Assembly: GCA_964016885.1 (NCBI GenBank)
Contig: OZ024741.1
Span: forward strand, 335,730,001 to 335,794,000
Direction of reading: 5' to 3'
Length of the DNA stretch: 64,000 nucleotides
DNA from: Eledone cirrhosa
Lineage: Eukaryota
The notes below the pieces were generated by a model. It made no database searches, was not told the DNA's origin, and worked only from the letters and a program-made list of their open reading frames with translations. Each line of letters starts with the position of its first letter. Position 1 is the stretch's first letter. The position numbers were made by a program, and so were the translations under genes. Positions 40,036 to 53,489 of this stretch are shown one piece after another.

Positions 40036-41032
40036 GCAAAACCTATAAAACAATTGAAGTTCATAAAAACCTTTAAGTTTGGAAAAATCCAATAACTTCT
40101 TTGAGAAATATTTTCTTTTCTTGATACAGAGGGCTGGCTGGATTTATCATGTTGATTCTTCGGTGGCCAGCCAAAGAATCAACAATATACTTCTTTGAAA
40201 GACTGAGAGATCCTCCCAACCCTTTGATTGGTAAGATTTCTATGAATGAATGCCCTTCCTATCACCAACCTCTTTACAGTGTGTACTGTGTGCATATATT
40301 GTGTCTATCACCAAAACTAAGTAGGCTGTCATGTCCTTGACACAATGGAAGGGTCCTCTCAATACTTTCTTTGGTAAGCTTTCTATGGCCGGATGTACTT
40401 CCAATCTAACCGTACTATATTTTTAAAAAAAAGGAAAACAAAAAGGAAGGACACATTAGATAATGTAGATTTGTGTACCTTGTATGAAAATATGATGGGA
40501 TGGTTATGACTAGAATACTTTGATCATAAGTCTTGCATGATATGAGTTGACCTGGGGCTAAACAACAAAAACATCAACAACAAATCATTGCAATATCAAA
40601 TACCAACAAAGTTCTCAATTGAATATTTCATTGTACGCTGACGTTCCCTTCATGAAGTATTGTTAAAATATTTCCAATAGCAATTGAAATATTACATTTA
40701 TGTATATCAATGGTGTTGTAAGATACTTTCACGTCCACTTTCACTATTGATGATGTTCATTATAGAAACTGCTTCGAAATTACAGACAATTATGTCTCAA
40801 GTAATAATTTCCTTCTAACTGACAGCTGCACCATTCACAATAATGACCTATTCTTAAATATTATTGTCTGTATTTAGAATGTTAGCGCACTGTTAGATAT
40901 GCTGTAATTACAATGAACAATGATGTATGTTCCTCCATAAAAAGCTGTTGACATTTCTTATTTAAAACTAGTTATGCTCTGTAAAATTCTCTTTAATAAA
41001 CAATGTGTCATTAATTCTGTATCATGCATCTT

Positions 41033-41078
<46 letters not shown>

Positions 41079-41091
41079 TATATGTGTATGC

Positions 41092-41157
<66 letters not shown>

Positions 41158-41417
41158 AAAGGAAATTGAAAATGCAGCTGGAGTTTTTAAGAATATTTAT
41201 TTACTTTACCGCTTTCACAGTTTTTACGATTTTCAAAAATAAAATTGCGATGGAGGGAACGTGTTTCTGTTGTGGTTTGTCCAGAACAGAAACACAAACC
41301 TGCCATCTCGATTTTATATATATGCATATGTATATATATATGTATGTATATATGTATGCATATGTATATGTATATGTATGTATGTATGTATATGTATGTA
41401 TATATGTATATATATGC

Positions 41418-41692
41418 ATGATGGAGATGCTACTCATCATGCCTGTCAAGCATGTGGAAGAGCATGTAGATCAGCAGGAGGGCTCAAACGACATGCAAAA
41501 ATACATGAAATCCAACCAGTGAATGTTTTGGTTGCCAACTCTGTGCAAGACATTTTAGATCATTGACTGGGCTAAAAAGCCACATTCAATTGCAGCGCTA
41601 TTAATTGTTATTGTGTGTGTGTGTATAAGTATGTGTGTGGGTTTGTGTGTGTGTATGTGTATGCATGTGTGTGTATATATATGTATGTGTAT

Positions 41693-41759
<67 letters not shown>

Positions 41760-41860
41760 AATATTTTTCTTTTCCTATTGTTATTATTGTCATTATTGTT
41801 ATTATTATATTGTTTTTTTTCCTCGTGCAATGCTCGATAACGAGGGGGCAGCCATCAAAT
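41418..41860 (+). mobile_element. LINE 3'-end remnant with C2H2 finger, split by microsatellite
   Basis: HACQACGRACRSAGGLKRHAKIH; terminal motif ctcgataacgagggggcagccatca also at ~54045 and ~54505. Confidence 0.45.
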
Positions 41861-42451
41861 ATATATATGTATGTATATATATGCATATATATGTGTATAT
41901 ATATATATATATATGCATATATATATATATATGTATATGCATATATATATGTATGTATATGCATATATATATTTATGTATATATATATGTATATGTATGT
42001 TGTTATACTTGGGAAGGATCATATTGTTATAATATAGCCAGAAATAATAACAGAACACACTCGCTTCTGTATCTTTTATATCTCCATAGTGGATTTATTT
42101 GGCAATCAAAGTTTATTATTGATTGACCAATGGTTAAAAATACAGATATAAATATATATATATAGGCTATCTAAGTTCTTTCATCACACATCTGCGACAT
42201 CATCAGTGGTACTATTATGTTTCTTCCCATTGTATTATAAAGTCTACGCTATTTTTACAAAAAATGGCGTAGACTTTATATATACAATGTATGTATATAT
42301 ATGTGTGTATATATATATGCATATGTATGTATGCATATGTATATATACATATGTATGTATCTATATATGCATATCTATGTATATATATGTATATATCTCT
42401 CTATATATATGTATGCATATGTATACATATGTAAATATGTATCTATCTATC

Positions 42452-42482
<31 letters not shown>

Positions 42483-42535
42483 CTCTCTCTCTCTCTATAT
42501 ATATATATATGTGTATCTATATATATATATATATG

Positions 42536-42571
<36 letters not shown>

Positions 42572-42572
<1 letters not shown>

Positions 42573-43477
42573 GAGGGCAATCCCAAAAGTAAGGTCTCCA
42601 AAGCGATGGGGACGCAGAGAAACTGTTCGTATGGCTGTAGGCAACATTGTTATGATTGGTTCTGCCTTCACTCCCAAACAAGCATGCGCATGCTTCGCTG
42701 GGATGGTCAATCTTGGCTTGGCAGCCATTGAGAATGGAGCTCCCATTGAACGCTACCGCCAAGTGCGAAGTTCGGGCAGTTATTCGGTTTTTGAATACAA
42801 GAGGCGTTGAACTGATTGAAATTCATCGCCAGTTGACGGAAGTGTATGGACAGTCGTGCATGGATGTCAAAACGTTTGCAAGTGGTGTAGAGAGTTTACA
42901 GCCCATTGTACTGAAATTCATGATGAACAAAGGAGGGGGTGACTGTCAATTTCTGACGAGACAGTCGCAATTTTTCCATTAAAATCCTGTGGATGGTGCT
43001 TCGGGAAACCTCAGGAACCAAAATACAGAGAGCATCCAGAGTGATCCGCCGATCTTTACGCAAGTTTTTCTCAACCTTTGCGACTGTCTCGTCGGAAATT
43101 GACGGTCTCCTGCTCCTTTGTTTGTCGTGGATTTCAGTATGACCGGCTGTAAACTCTCTACACCACTTGCGAACGTTTTTGACATCCAGGCATGACTGTC
43201 CATACACTTTCGTCAATTGGCGATGAATTTCAATCGGTTCAATGCCTTTTGCGTTCAAAAACAGAATAACTGCGCGAACTTCGCACTTGACGATAGCGTT
43301 CAACAGGAGCTCCATTTTCAACATATGCCAAGCCAAGATTGAGCATCCCAGCGAAGTGCGCGCATGCTTGTTTGGGAGTGAAGGAAGCACCAATCACAAC
43401 AGTGTTGCCAACAGCCGTACGAACAGTTTCTCTGCGTCCCCATCGCTTTGGAGACCTTACTTTTGGGATTGCCCTCG
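42572..43477. mobile_element. Mariner fold-back derivative made of two inverted 5' halves
   Basis: Perfect TIRs CGAGGGCAATCCCAAAAGTAAGGTCTCC with TA TSD; both arms encode the transposase N-terminal HTH ([12 protein letters not shown]...IEIHRQL..VYG); junction at ~42970. Confidence 0.9.
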
Positions 43478-43594
43478 TATGTATATATATATATATATGT
43501 ATGTATATGTATATATCTATATCTATCTATATATATGTATGTATATATATGTATATATCTACATCTATGTAATATATGTATATGTATATATCTG

Positions 43595-43652
<58 letters not shown>

Positions 43653-45470
43653 AAACCGTGATATTGTCGGGGAGAAGTGTGTCCGTAATGATGATGGTGT
43701 ATTGCCACCACTGATACTGATAAGAAGGTAGATTTGAAGTGTCACTACAAAAGACTACTAAATGAGGAGAATAAGTGGGAAAAAGATAGTCTGTCCCAAA
43801 TCAATCCAATAGAGGGACCAGCAGTGTTAGTCGAAGGTAATATAATAAGTAAGGCAATCAAAGATATGAAGACAGACAAAGCAGCTGGGCCTTTGGAGAT
43901 AGTTTCTGAAATGCTGAAAGCATCTGGAATGGTGGGACACACTATGGTCTCCCGGATAGTAAACTGAGTCATACAGAATGGGGTCATACCAAATGACTGG
44001 CGTAGCATCATCATCATTAACTGCTACAAGGGTAAAGGAGATGCCCTAGATAGGGGAAACTATAGAGGCATTAAATTGGTAGACCAGGTCATGAAGGTCA
44101 CAGAAAGAGTTATAGCGCAACTAATCAGAGAGCGAATTGATCTAGATGAAATGCAGTTTGGGTTTGTGTCAGGTAAAAGTACCACAGACGCTCTTTTCAT
44201 TGTACAACAACTACAGGAGAAGTACCTAGCTAAAAGTAAACCCCTGTACCTAGCTTTTGTTGACTTGGAGAAAGCCTTTGACAGAGTCTCCCCACTCCAT
44301 TATCTGGTGGGCTCTTAGTAAACTAAGTGTTGATGAATGGCTTGTGAGAGCTATACAAGCCATGTATAAAGAAACAGTCAGCAAGGTTAGAATTAACAAC
44401 AATTATAGTGAAGAATTTAGCGTAAAAGTTGGTGTTCATCAAGGCTCTGTCCTTAGCCCCCTCCTATTGATTATTGCCCTTCAGGCTATAACAGAGGAGT
44501 TCAAGACCGGCTGCCCATGGGAACTTCTATATGCAGATGATCTAACAGTCATAGCTGAATCAATGGCTGAACTAGAGAAGAAATTCCAAACATGGAAGCA
44601 TGGCCTAGAATCAAAAGACCTTAAAGTTAACTTGTCTAAGACTAAAGTTCTAATATGTAGAAAGGAAAATAGGGCACAGGTACCCTCTGGGAAATGGCCA
44701 TGCTCAGTGTGTAGGAAAGGAGTAGGCAGAAATTCCATTTTATGTCCCAAATGTAAACTATGGGTACATAAAAGATGTAGTGGGATCACAGGTAAGCTAA
44801 CTAAGAACGTAGATTTTATATGTGGCCGATGCTCAGGTACAATAGGTAGCAGGTGCCCACAGGATACTAGCTCCTTCTATTGCCCAGATGGTTCTATAGA
44901 AATAGTGGACACCTTCCATTACCTGGGTGACAAAATCAGCACTGGTGGAGGGTGCTCTGAAAGTACAGTAGCCAGAGTCAGAACGGGATGGAAAAAGTTC
45001 AGAGAGCTTATACCACTATTGGCCGCTAAAGGTTTCTCTCTAAAAATGAAAGTCAGATTGTATGATGCCTGTATACAAACAGCAATGTTACATGGCAGTG
45101 AGACATGGGCATTGTGTGCAGAGGATCTGTGCAGACTGGAGAGGAATGAAGCATCCATGTTTCGTTAGATGTGTAATAGTAATATACGCAAACAGCAAAG
45201 CATAAATGAACTAAGTGAGAAATTAGGAATAAGAGGGATCAAATGCTGTTTACTCGAGAGAAGACTACGTTGGTATGGTCATGTGATGCGCATGAAAGAC
45301 GACAGTTGTATAAAAAATCGCAGGGCGATCAAAATTGATGGAAGTTACGGAGTAGGCAGACCCAGTAAACCTGGGACGATTTGATAAATTCCGACCTTAC
45401 ACACTTACACCTCTCTAAGACAATGTTACTGGACCAAGATCTTTGGTGCTACGCAGTAATACAGAAGAAC
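43653..45470 (+). mobile_element. 5'- and 3'-truncated, decayed RTE LINE copy (RT region)
   Basis: Colinear with 47495-49310; QGSVLSP and YADD present; stops and frameshifts. Confidence 0.92.
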
Positions 45471-45911
45471 CTGTGTATATGTATATATACACATATATAT
45501 ATAAACCTATTATTCTCTCATACAATATTTTAAATATATTTGCTATTATTCCAAACTCTTAATTCCCGCTCCTTAATATCCTCTCCCCCTCCACCACACT
45601 CTACAACATGCGGTCAACCCCCCCCCCTCTCTCTCTCTATCCATATATATATAAGATAACCCACACAAGAAATCCACTTTCGCCAAATTTGTGGCCGTTT
45701 TTCATTCAATGGTATAATGTAACGTACACATTTTTCTAACTTTTCTAACAATCCGCTTAATTCCATAGTCCTTTCAAACCCTATAGCATTTCTATCCTCA
45801 TTCCAATTCTTCTTCACTACTAGCCATTCCATCCTATTTCCTATGTATCCTATCTCGTATTTTCCAAAACAAATCTTGTATTTCGTCATTTCATGTTAAA
45901 TACGAAAGTTT

Positions 45912-48900
45912 TTGGCGTATTTTACTAAACAAATCTTGTATTTTTGTTTGTTAAATTCGAGGATCTCACTTAAACCTATTATTCTCGCTAACAACTCAAC
46001 ACCCCACCCCCACGCACCACCATTATTATTACGTGGACCAATCATAAGCCAGAGGCCTATACTATCGCTTACCTGGTCGCCTTCGATATGTAGGATGGAA
46101 GGATTACGGAGTTCCGGAGAGTTGAAGAGAGAAAAATCTGGACGCTCAGCGACAATGCCAAAGATAAAGACAAACACACCTCGTGAACGAGAATGCGAGC
46201 ATGCCTCTTTGTTTCGGCCGCGGATGGCCAACATAACCCCATCTCCCCCCGATCCCCACCGTTCCCACCCTCCAAACGCAATCCAAAACTTCAGAGTTGG
46301 TACCTTGAATGTAGGCACCTTAAAGGGTCGCTCTAACGAGGTTGTAGAAATGCTTGAACGTAAGGAGGTCGATGTTTGTTGTATTCAAGAGACGAGGTGG
46401 AGGGGTGGATCTGCTAGATTCATTGTGGGTAGAAAACGATGCTATAAGCTTTTCTGGGTGGGAAATGACAATGGGCTGGGTGGTGTAGGAATCATGGTAG
46501 CAGAAAAGTGGGCAGATAAGATAATAGACGTAAATAGAGTGAACGACAGAATAATTAAAATAAGACTTGTCCTCAATAGAACTACGGTGACAGTAATATC
46601 CGCGTACGCACCCCAATCCGGACTGCCCAGCACTATAAAAGACAGATTCTATGAGACACTGATGCTCACTACCTCCCAAATAACCGACAGTGACTATATA
46701 ATTATTGCGGGCGACCTAAATGGTCACGTTGGACAACATTGTGACGGCTACGACGAAATCCATGGAGGCTATGGGTTTGGTACTAGAAATGAGGAAGGCT
46801 CCAGAATCCTGGAATTCTGTGACGCAAATAACCTAACTATCTGCAACACTAACTTCAAAAAACGAGACAATCACTTGATCACCTACAGATCAGGGGAACA
46901 TACCAGCCAGGTAGATTATATCCTTACCAGGAGACGTGACAGAGTGACTGTTGTAAACACTAAATCCCTCCCCCATGAAGAATGCACCTCCCAACATAGA
47001 CTGATAATTAGCGACCTAATAGTCAGGACGAGACGTACTAGACAACAGAAGAGGATATCCTCAGGAGAAAAATATGGAAGCTAAAGGACCCCACAGCCAA
47101 AAATAAATTTCAAAGCATATTACTTGATGCTTTCGACAGTAAGGAAGAGCATTTAGAGTCGAACAATATAGAGGGACAGTGGGAATTTCTGAAAGCAAAC
47201 CTGCTGATGGCGACAGATGAAGTCTGTGGCTGGAGCAGGCCTGTAGGCAGGAGGAGAGTAACTTGGTGGTGGAACAGTAAGGTGGAGGAGTCAATCAAGG
47301 CCAAAAAGCAGGCTTGGAAAGTATGGCGGGATGGGGGAAGTAGAGAAGACTATCAAGTGGCCAGGAGGGAAGCTAGGAGACAAGTGTACTTCGCAAGAAG
47401 GGAAGCAGAGGAAAGAAAGTTCAAGCATGTTCTACAACGCGAGGACCAAAAACGTGAGGTGTTCAGGATTGCTAGGCAATGTGTCAAGGAAAACAGTGAT
47501 ATTGTCGGGGAGAAGTGTGTACTTAATGATGACGGCGTACTTGCCATCACCGACGCTTATAAGAAGGTAGCTTGGAAGTGTCACTATGAAAGGCTACTAA
47601 ATGAGGAGAATAAATGGGAGAAAGACAGTCTCCCCCACATCGACCCAATAGAGGGACCAGCAGTGTTAGTCGAGGGTAGTATAATAAGTAAGGCAATCAA
47701 AGATATGAAGACGGGTAAGGCGGCTGGGCCTTCGGAAATAGTTGCCGAGATGCTGAAGGTATCTGGTACGGTGGGACACATCATGGTCACCCGGATAGTC
47801 AACCAAGTCATACAGAATGGGGCTGTTCCGAAGGACTGGCGTAGCAGCATCATCGTTAACTGTTATAAGGGTAAAGGAGATGCCCTAGATAGGAGTAACT
47901 ATAGAGGCATTAAATTAATCGACCAGGTCATGAAGGTCACGGAAAAAGTAATAGCGCAACTAATCAGAGAGCGAATTGATCTAGATGAAATGCAGTTCGG
48001 GTTTGTGTCAGGAAAAAGTACCACAGATGCTCTTTTCATTGTACGACAACTACAGGAGAAGTACCTAGCTAAAAGTAAACCCCTATACTTAGCTTTCGTC
48101 GAGTTGGAGAAAGCCTTCGACAGAGTCCCCCGTTCCATTATCTGGTGGGCTCTTAGAAAACTAGGTGTTGATGAATGGCTTGTGAGAGCTATACAAGCCA
48201 TGTATAAAGAAACAGTCAGCAAGGTTAGAATTAACAACGAATATAGTGAAGAGTTTAGTGTAAAAGTTGGTGTTCATCAGGGCTCTGTTCTTAGCCCCCT
48301 ACTATTTATTATTGCCCTCCAGGCTATAACAGCGGAGTTCAAGACCGGCTGCCCATGGGAACTCCTATACGCAGATGATCTAACGCTCATAGCTGAAACA
48401 ATGGCCGAGCTAGAGAAGAAATTCCAAACATGGAAGCACGGCCTAGAATCAAAAGGCCTTAAAATTAACCTGGCTAAGACTAAAGTTCTAGTTTGTAAGA
48501 AAGAAAATAAGGCGGCGGTCCCCTCCGGGAAGTGGCCATGCTCAGAGTGTAGGAAAGGCGTAGGTAGAAACTCCATTTTGTGTCCCAAATGCAAAGTTTG
48601 GGTGCATAAAAGATGTAGTGGGATCACAGGTAAGCTAACTAAGAAGATAGATTTTACATGTGGCCAGTGTTCTGGGGCAATAAGTAGCAGCAAGTGCCCA
48701 CGAAATACTAGCTCTTTCAACTGCGCAGAGGGTTCTATAGAAATAGTGGACAGCTTCCGTTACCTGGGTGACAAAATCAGCAGTGGGGGAGGGTGCTCTG
48801 AAAGTACAGTAGCTAGAGTCAGAACTGGGTGGAAAAAGTTCAGAGAGCTCATAACACTATTAGCCGCTAAAGGGTTCTCCCTAAAAATGAAAGGCAGGTT

Positions 48901-49715
48901 GTACGATGCCTGCATACGAACAGCAATGTTGCACGGCAGTGAGACCTGGGCATTGTGTGCAGAGGATATACGCAGACTAGAGAGAAACGAAGCTTGCATG
49001 CTCCGCTGGATGTGTAATAGTAATATACGTGAACGGCAAAGCATAAACGAACTAAGGAAAAAATTAGAAATAAGAGCGATCAGATGTTGTTTACTCGAGA
49101 GAAGGCTACGTTGGTATCGTCACGTGATGCGCATGAAGGACGATAGCTGTATAACAAAGTGCAGGGCAATAAAGATAGACGGTAGCCACGGAATAGGCAG
49201 ACCTAGAAAAACCTGGGACGAGCTGATAAACTCCGACCTCACACACTTACACCTCTCCAAGACAATGTCACTGGACCGAGACCTTTGGCGGTACTCAGTA
49301 ATAGAGAAGACCCGCCTTACCTAAATACAAAGTAAAACCTACTACAGTCAGTAGGCATCTCTAACAAAATACACCCCGTCCCACCACCTCCACCCCATCC
49401 ACACCGCCCCTTTCAATGTAAAGTTATGTTGGTGCCACAACATCCAGGCCGAAACAAATGAGATCGTGTAGGTGTCACATCAAAAAAACACACAGTTCAC
49501 GCTGTAATGTGGTCGTGTAGGCAACACGGTAAAAACCTCCCAGCCCCACACTGTAAATGTGGTTGGTGTTAGGAAGGGCATCCAGCTGTAGAAAACCCGC
49601 CAGATAGTCCTATGCGAGCAAGATAACCACTCTTGCCTCAAGTGGGAAAACCCTCCGTCCAAACCCATGCAAGCATGGAACACGGACGTTAAACGATGAT
49701 GATGATGATGATGAT
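45912..49715 (+). mobile_element. Near full-length RTE-clade LINE (APE endonuclease + RT + PHD-type finger, 3' UTR, (GAT)n tail); 5' boundary uncertain, possibly ~45500
   Basis: APE motifs GTLNV, CIQETRW, SAYAPQ, GDLNGHVG, QVDYIL, SQHRL; RT motifs QFGF, QGSVLSP, YADD, FRYLG; a single frameshift near 47060. Confidence 0.95.
46095..49324 (+). pseudogene. RTE ORF (endonuclease/reverse transcriptase), interrupted by one frameshift
   Basis: ORFs 45912-47084 and 47207-49324 join through the open alternative frame ILRRKIWKLKDP...NLLMATDEVCG; start codon uncertain (46095 or 46155). Confidence 0.85.
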
Positions 49716-50333
49716 GTATATCTATATATATGTATATATGTATATATGTATCTCTATTTATATGTATATATATGTATATATATATCTATATATATGTATG
49801 TATTTGTATATGTATGTATCTATATGTATATGTATGTATGTGTATGTATGTATATGTATCTGTATATGTGTATATATGTGTATGTATGTGTATGTATATG
49901 TATATATATATGTGTGTGTATATATGTGTATGTATATATATATGTGTATATATATATGTGTGTATATATATATGTGTGTATATGTATATATATATGTATA
50001 TAAGTATGTATATATATGTATATATATATATATATATATGTATGTATATATATATCTATATATATATATGTGTGTAAATATATGTATATATATGTAGAAG
50101 TTGAGTAATATTGTAGAACAATAAAACTATGCAGATATCAGATAAGTAGCACTCAACAGTTGGTAGAACTGGAGTATATATAATAAAGAAGAAATTAAAA
50201 GATGGTTACCTTATTTTATCTGATGGTTACCTTATTTTATCTGAATTTTTGTCCCAGGATGATTTTGTATTCAAAATGCGCATAATAAAATATATGGAAC
50301 TCTGTTAACCATCTTTTAATTTCTTCTTTATTG

Positions 50334-50364
<31 letters not shown>

Positions 50365-50437
50365 GTGTGTATTTATATGTATATATATATATACGTATAT
50401 ATATATATGTGTGTATATATATATGTGTATATATATA

Positions 50438-50878
50438 TCATTATCATCATCATCATCAACGTTTAACGTCCGTGTTCCACGCTTGCATGGGTTCGGACGG
50501 GGGTTTTCCCACTTGTGGCAAGAGTGATTGTCTTGCTCGCATAGGACTGTCTGGCAGGTTTTCTACAGTTGGATGCCCTTCCTAACACCAACCACATTTA
50601 CAGTGTGGGTCTGGGAGGTTTTTACCGTGTTGCCTACACGGCCACATTACAGCGTGGACTGTGTGTTTTTTGTCGTGACACCTACACGATCTCATTTGTT
50701 TCGGCCTGGATGGTGTGGCACCAACATAACTTTACATAGAAGGGGGCGGTGTGGATGGGGTGGGGGTGTATTTTGTTAGAGATGCTTACTGACTGTAGTA
50801 GGTTTTACTATGTATTTAGGTAAGGCGGGTCTTCTCTATTACTGAGTACCGCCAAAGGTCTCGGTCCAGTGACATTGT
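50438..50878 (-). mobile_element. Inverted 3'-terminal fragment of the same RTE LINE
   Basis: Reverse complement of 49262-49715 with few differences, including the (GAT)n tail. Confidence 0.93.
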
Positions 50879-50882
50879 ATTG

Positions 50883-50925
<43 letters not shown>

Positions 50926-51587
50926 TGAAAAATAGCGTGCTGCATTGTTGCGGATGTGATGCATATGAATTAAAAATAGAGGAAGAAGCCAGGGCTATCC
51001 GGCATCAGTTTCTGGCCATCATAGGTATTTCTTCGCATTAAAGACCATATACCTCAGGCCAGCGCGAGCAATAACTAAATAAAGTTATTGGGATAAAAAG
51101 AAAGACATGTAAACAAACAAGAATGGTAAGGCAACGTAAAGGGCGAAAAATCAAGTGATACAAGTGAACATAAGATCTGGCGAATCATTGACGAGAAGAC
51201 GAAAGATGCATCCAAGCTATGCGAAATGTGAGCGAGAAAAGAATTTCACTCAGGTCAGACGGGTGGGAGTGAGAGAGGGTGAGTAGCAGAGAGTGAGTGA
51301 GTGGCTTAGTTGAGAGAGGGTGACTAGCAGAGGGGGTGAATGAAAGTAAGAGGTACAAGGAGAGAGAAGGGGGAGTGAGAAAGAGGATAGCATTAAGGGA
51401 AGAGAAAGAGACAGGTCACAGCGAAGGGAAAAAAATATAGGGATGAAAAATGGCATGGTACGTTGTTGCGGATATGTATATATAATATATATATGTGTAT
51501 ATATATACATATATATATACGTATATATATGTCTGAGTATGTATATATATATATATATATATATATACGTATATATGTGTGTATATA

Positions 51588-52879
51588 CAGGGTGTGGATG
51601 ATATTTGTTCGCAAGAAAATAACACACTAATTTTATTTTTTAAGATATACTTATCAAACTTGAGTCAGTTTGTCTTCATGGCTAGTTCTTTCGATCTCAC
51701 TCGATAAACCCGCCATTGGCTTTGATGACGGCTTCAAGGCGGCCTCGGAAGCGTCTACAGGCCTTCGTCACTGTCCCCCGACTTAGGCTCCTAAAGGCAC
51801 TTGTGATCTTGGCCTTCAGATCGTCTTTCGTATTGCAGCTAGATCTGTTGGTGTCTTGTTCCACTGCGCGCCACACAAAGAAGTCGAGGGGGTTGCAGTC
51901 AAGCGAGCTGAGATGCCAGATGTCAGGGGAAGTGTGGTCGACGAAGTTCTCTGACAGCCAGGCTTGGGTCTTTCGGCTAGTATGGCAGGGCGCTGAGTCT
52001 TGCTGCCACACGTACGGCCTACCTGCAGCTACCTGGTCAATCCAGGGCTTTACTACCTCACTCAGAATGCGGATGTAGCCATCGGTGTTCAGCTTGAGGC
52101 CCTCAGGGAAGAAGTGAGGTGGCATGACGTCACCTTGAGTGCTAACGACACCTAAGACCAATGTTGTCGCTAGAAACTTTGTCTGCATGACTCTGGGCAC
52201 GTCTTTGGATGAGACAGCGAGCTACCTGTTGTTCTGGGAGTTGATCTTCTGGTCTTGGCAGAAGTTTTTCTAGTCGGAGAAAAACCACAGCATGTCTGGC
52301 TCCAGTGGGTGTTTCAACTTGTTGATCAGCTTCTTTGCGTGCTTCAGTCGCTTTTCTTGCATCACCTTTGACAGAAATTGTCCTTTCCTCATCTTGTGTG
52401 AAACATAGTGAATGTCTTCATGTACCACCAGCCTAATGAACTTTTCATCCACGCCTTTCTCCCTTGCAATGCCACGCATCGTCTTGCTAGGTTCATTGTT
52501 GATGATATCCTGAACTTCAGCGATGAACTCGGGCGTTCTGAAGGCGTCAGATCGTCTATCATGTGTTTTCCTCTCTGATGTTGCTTCGTAGTCGAATCAT
52601 GAATCTTCCAGTTCCTTTCTGACCTTTTCCACCATTCTCCTGCTGACGCTGAGAAAGTCTGAAATTTCCTTATTTGTCCTCCCGGCGTGGATTCCAAGAA
52701 GAACTCCGTGTCTCTTCCACAAATTTGGAGGTTCAAAATTATTCATAATCAATTATTCTGAAAATAAATAATGGAAATATAGTCACTGTTTTTATGAAGA
52801 CAAGAGTGACAACAGAAGTAAAAAAAATTGGCATAAAATTAGCAGTTGAAACTTGCGAACAAATATCGTCTACACCCTT
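51588..52879 (-). mobile_element. maT-family (DD37D) Tc1/mariner transposon, full length but pseudogenised
   Basis: TIRs CAGGGTGTGGATGATATTTGTTCGCAAG / CTTGCGAACAAATATCGTCTACACCCTT in TA context; WFFSD*K, WQQDSAPCH, DCNPLD with 37 residues between the 2nd and 3rd Asp; ATG ~52746 to stop 51697 with internal stops. Confidence 0.9.
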
Positions 52880-52944
52880 TATATATATGTATGTATATAT
52901 ATGTATATATATATATATGTATAATGTATATATATACGTATATA

Positions 52945-52985
<41 letters not shown>

Positions 52986-53080
52986 GTATATAAATGTGTG
53001 TGTATATATATGTATATATATATATATGTGTATATATATGTGTGTGTCTATATATGTATAGATATATATGTATATATATA

Positions 53081-53431
53081 TCATCATCATTTCATTTCAT
53101 CATTTCATTTTACGTCCACTTTTTCCCTGCTTGCAAGGGTGGGACGGGAACTGATTCTGGCTTGATTTCTACAGCTGGATGCCCTTCCTAACACCAACCT
53201 CATTTACAGTGAGTGCTGGGTGCTTTTTTGCCGTGGCACCTCCACGACCACTTTGCAGTGGAATGATAGGGACCCCACGCCCTATCATCTCATTTCTACA
53301 GCTGAGTAAACTGGAGCAATGTGAAATAAAGTGTCTTGCTCAAGGAAACAACACATCACCCGGTCTGAGAATTGAACTCACAACCTTTTGATTGCAAGGC
53401 CAATGCTCTAACCACTAAGCCATGTGCCTCC
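53081..53431 (-). mobile_element. CORE-like SINE with RTE-derived tail
   Basis: Near-identical to 7116-7459. Confidence 0.88.
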
Positions 53432-53489
53432 ATAGATATATATATATATACGTATATATGTGTGTATATATATGTAACCCAGTTCAACA

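Noticed and set aside
41418-41520. Host C2H2 zinc-finger gene exon
   Set aside because: Single finger without TGEKP linker or credible splice sites; associated with a LINE-type 3' terminus
42172-42210. Additional hammerhead-like core on - strand (CTGATGA-stem-GAAAG), and a looser one at ~61935-62003
   Set aside because: Stem I does not pair or the core is altered; at best decayed remnants, not counted
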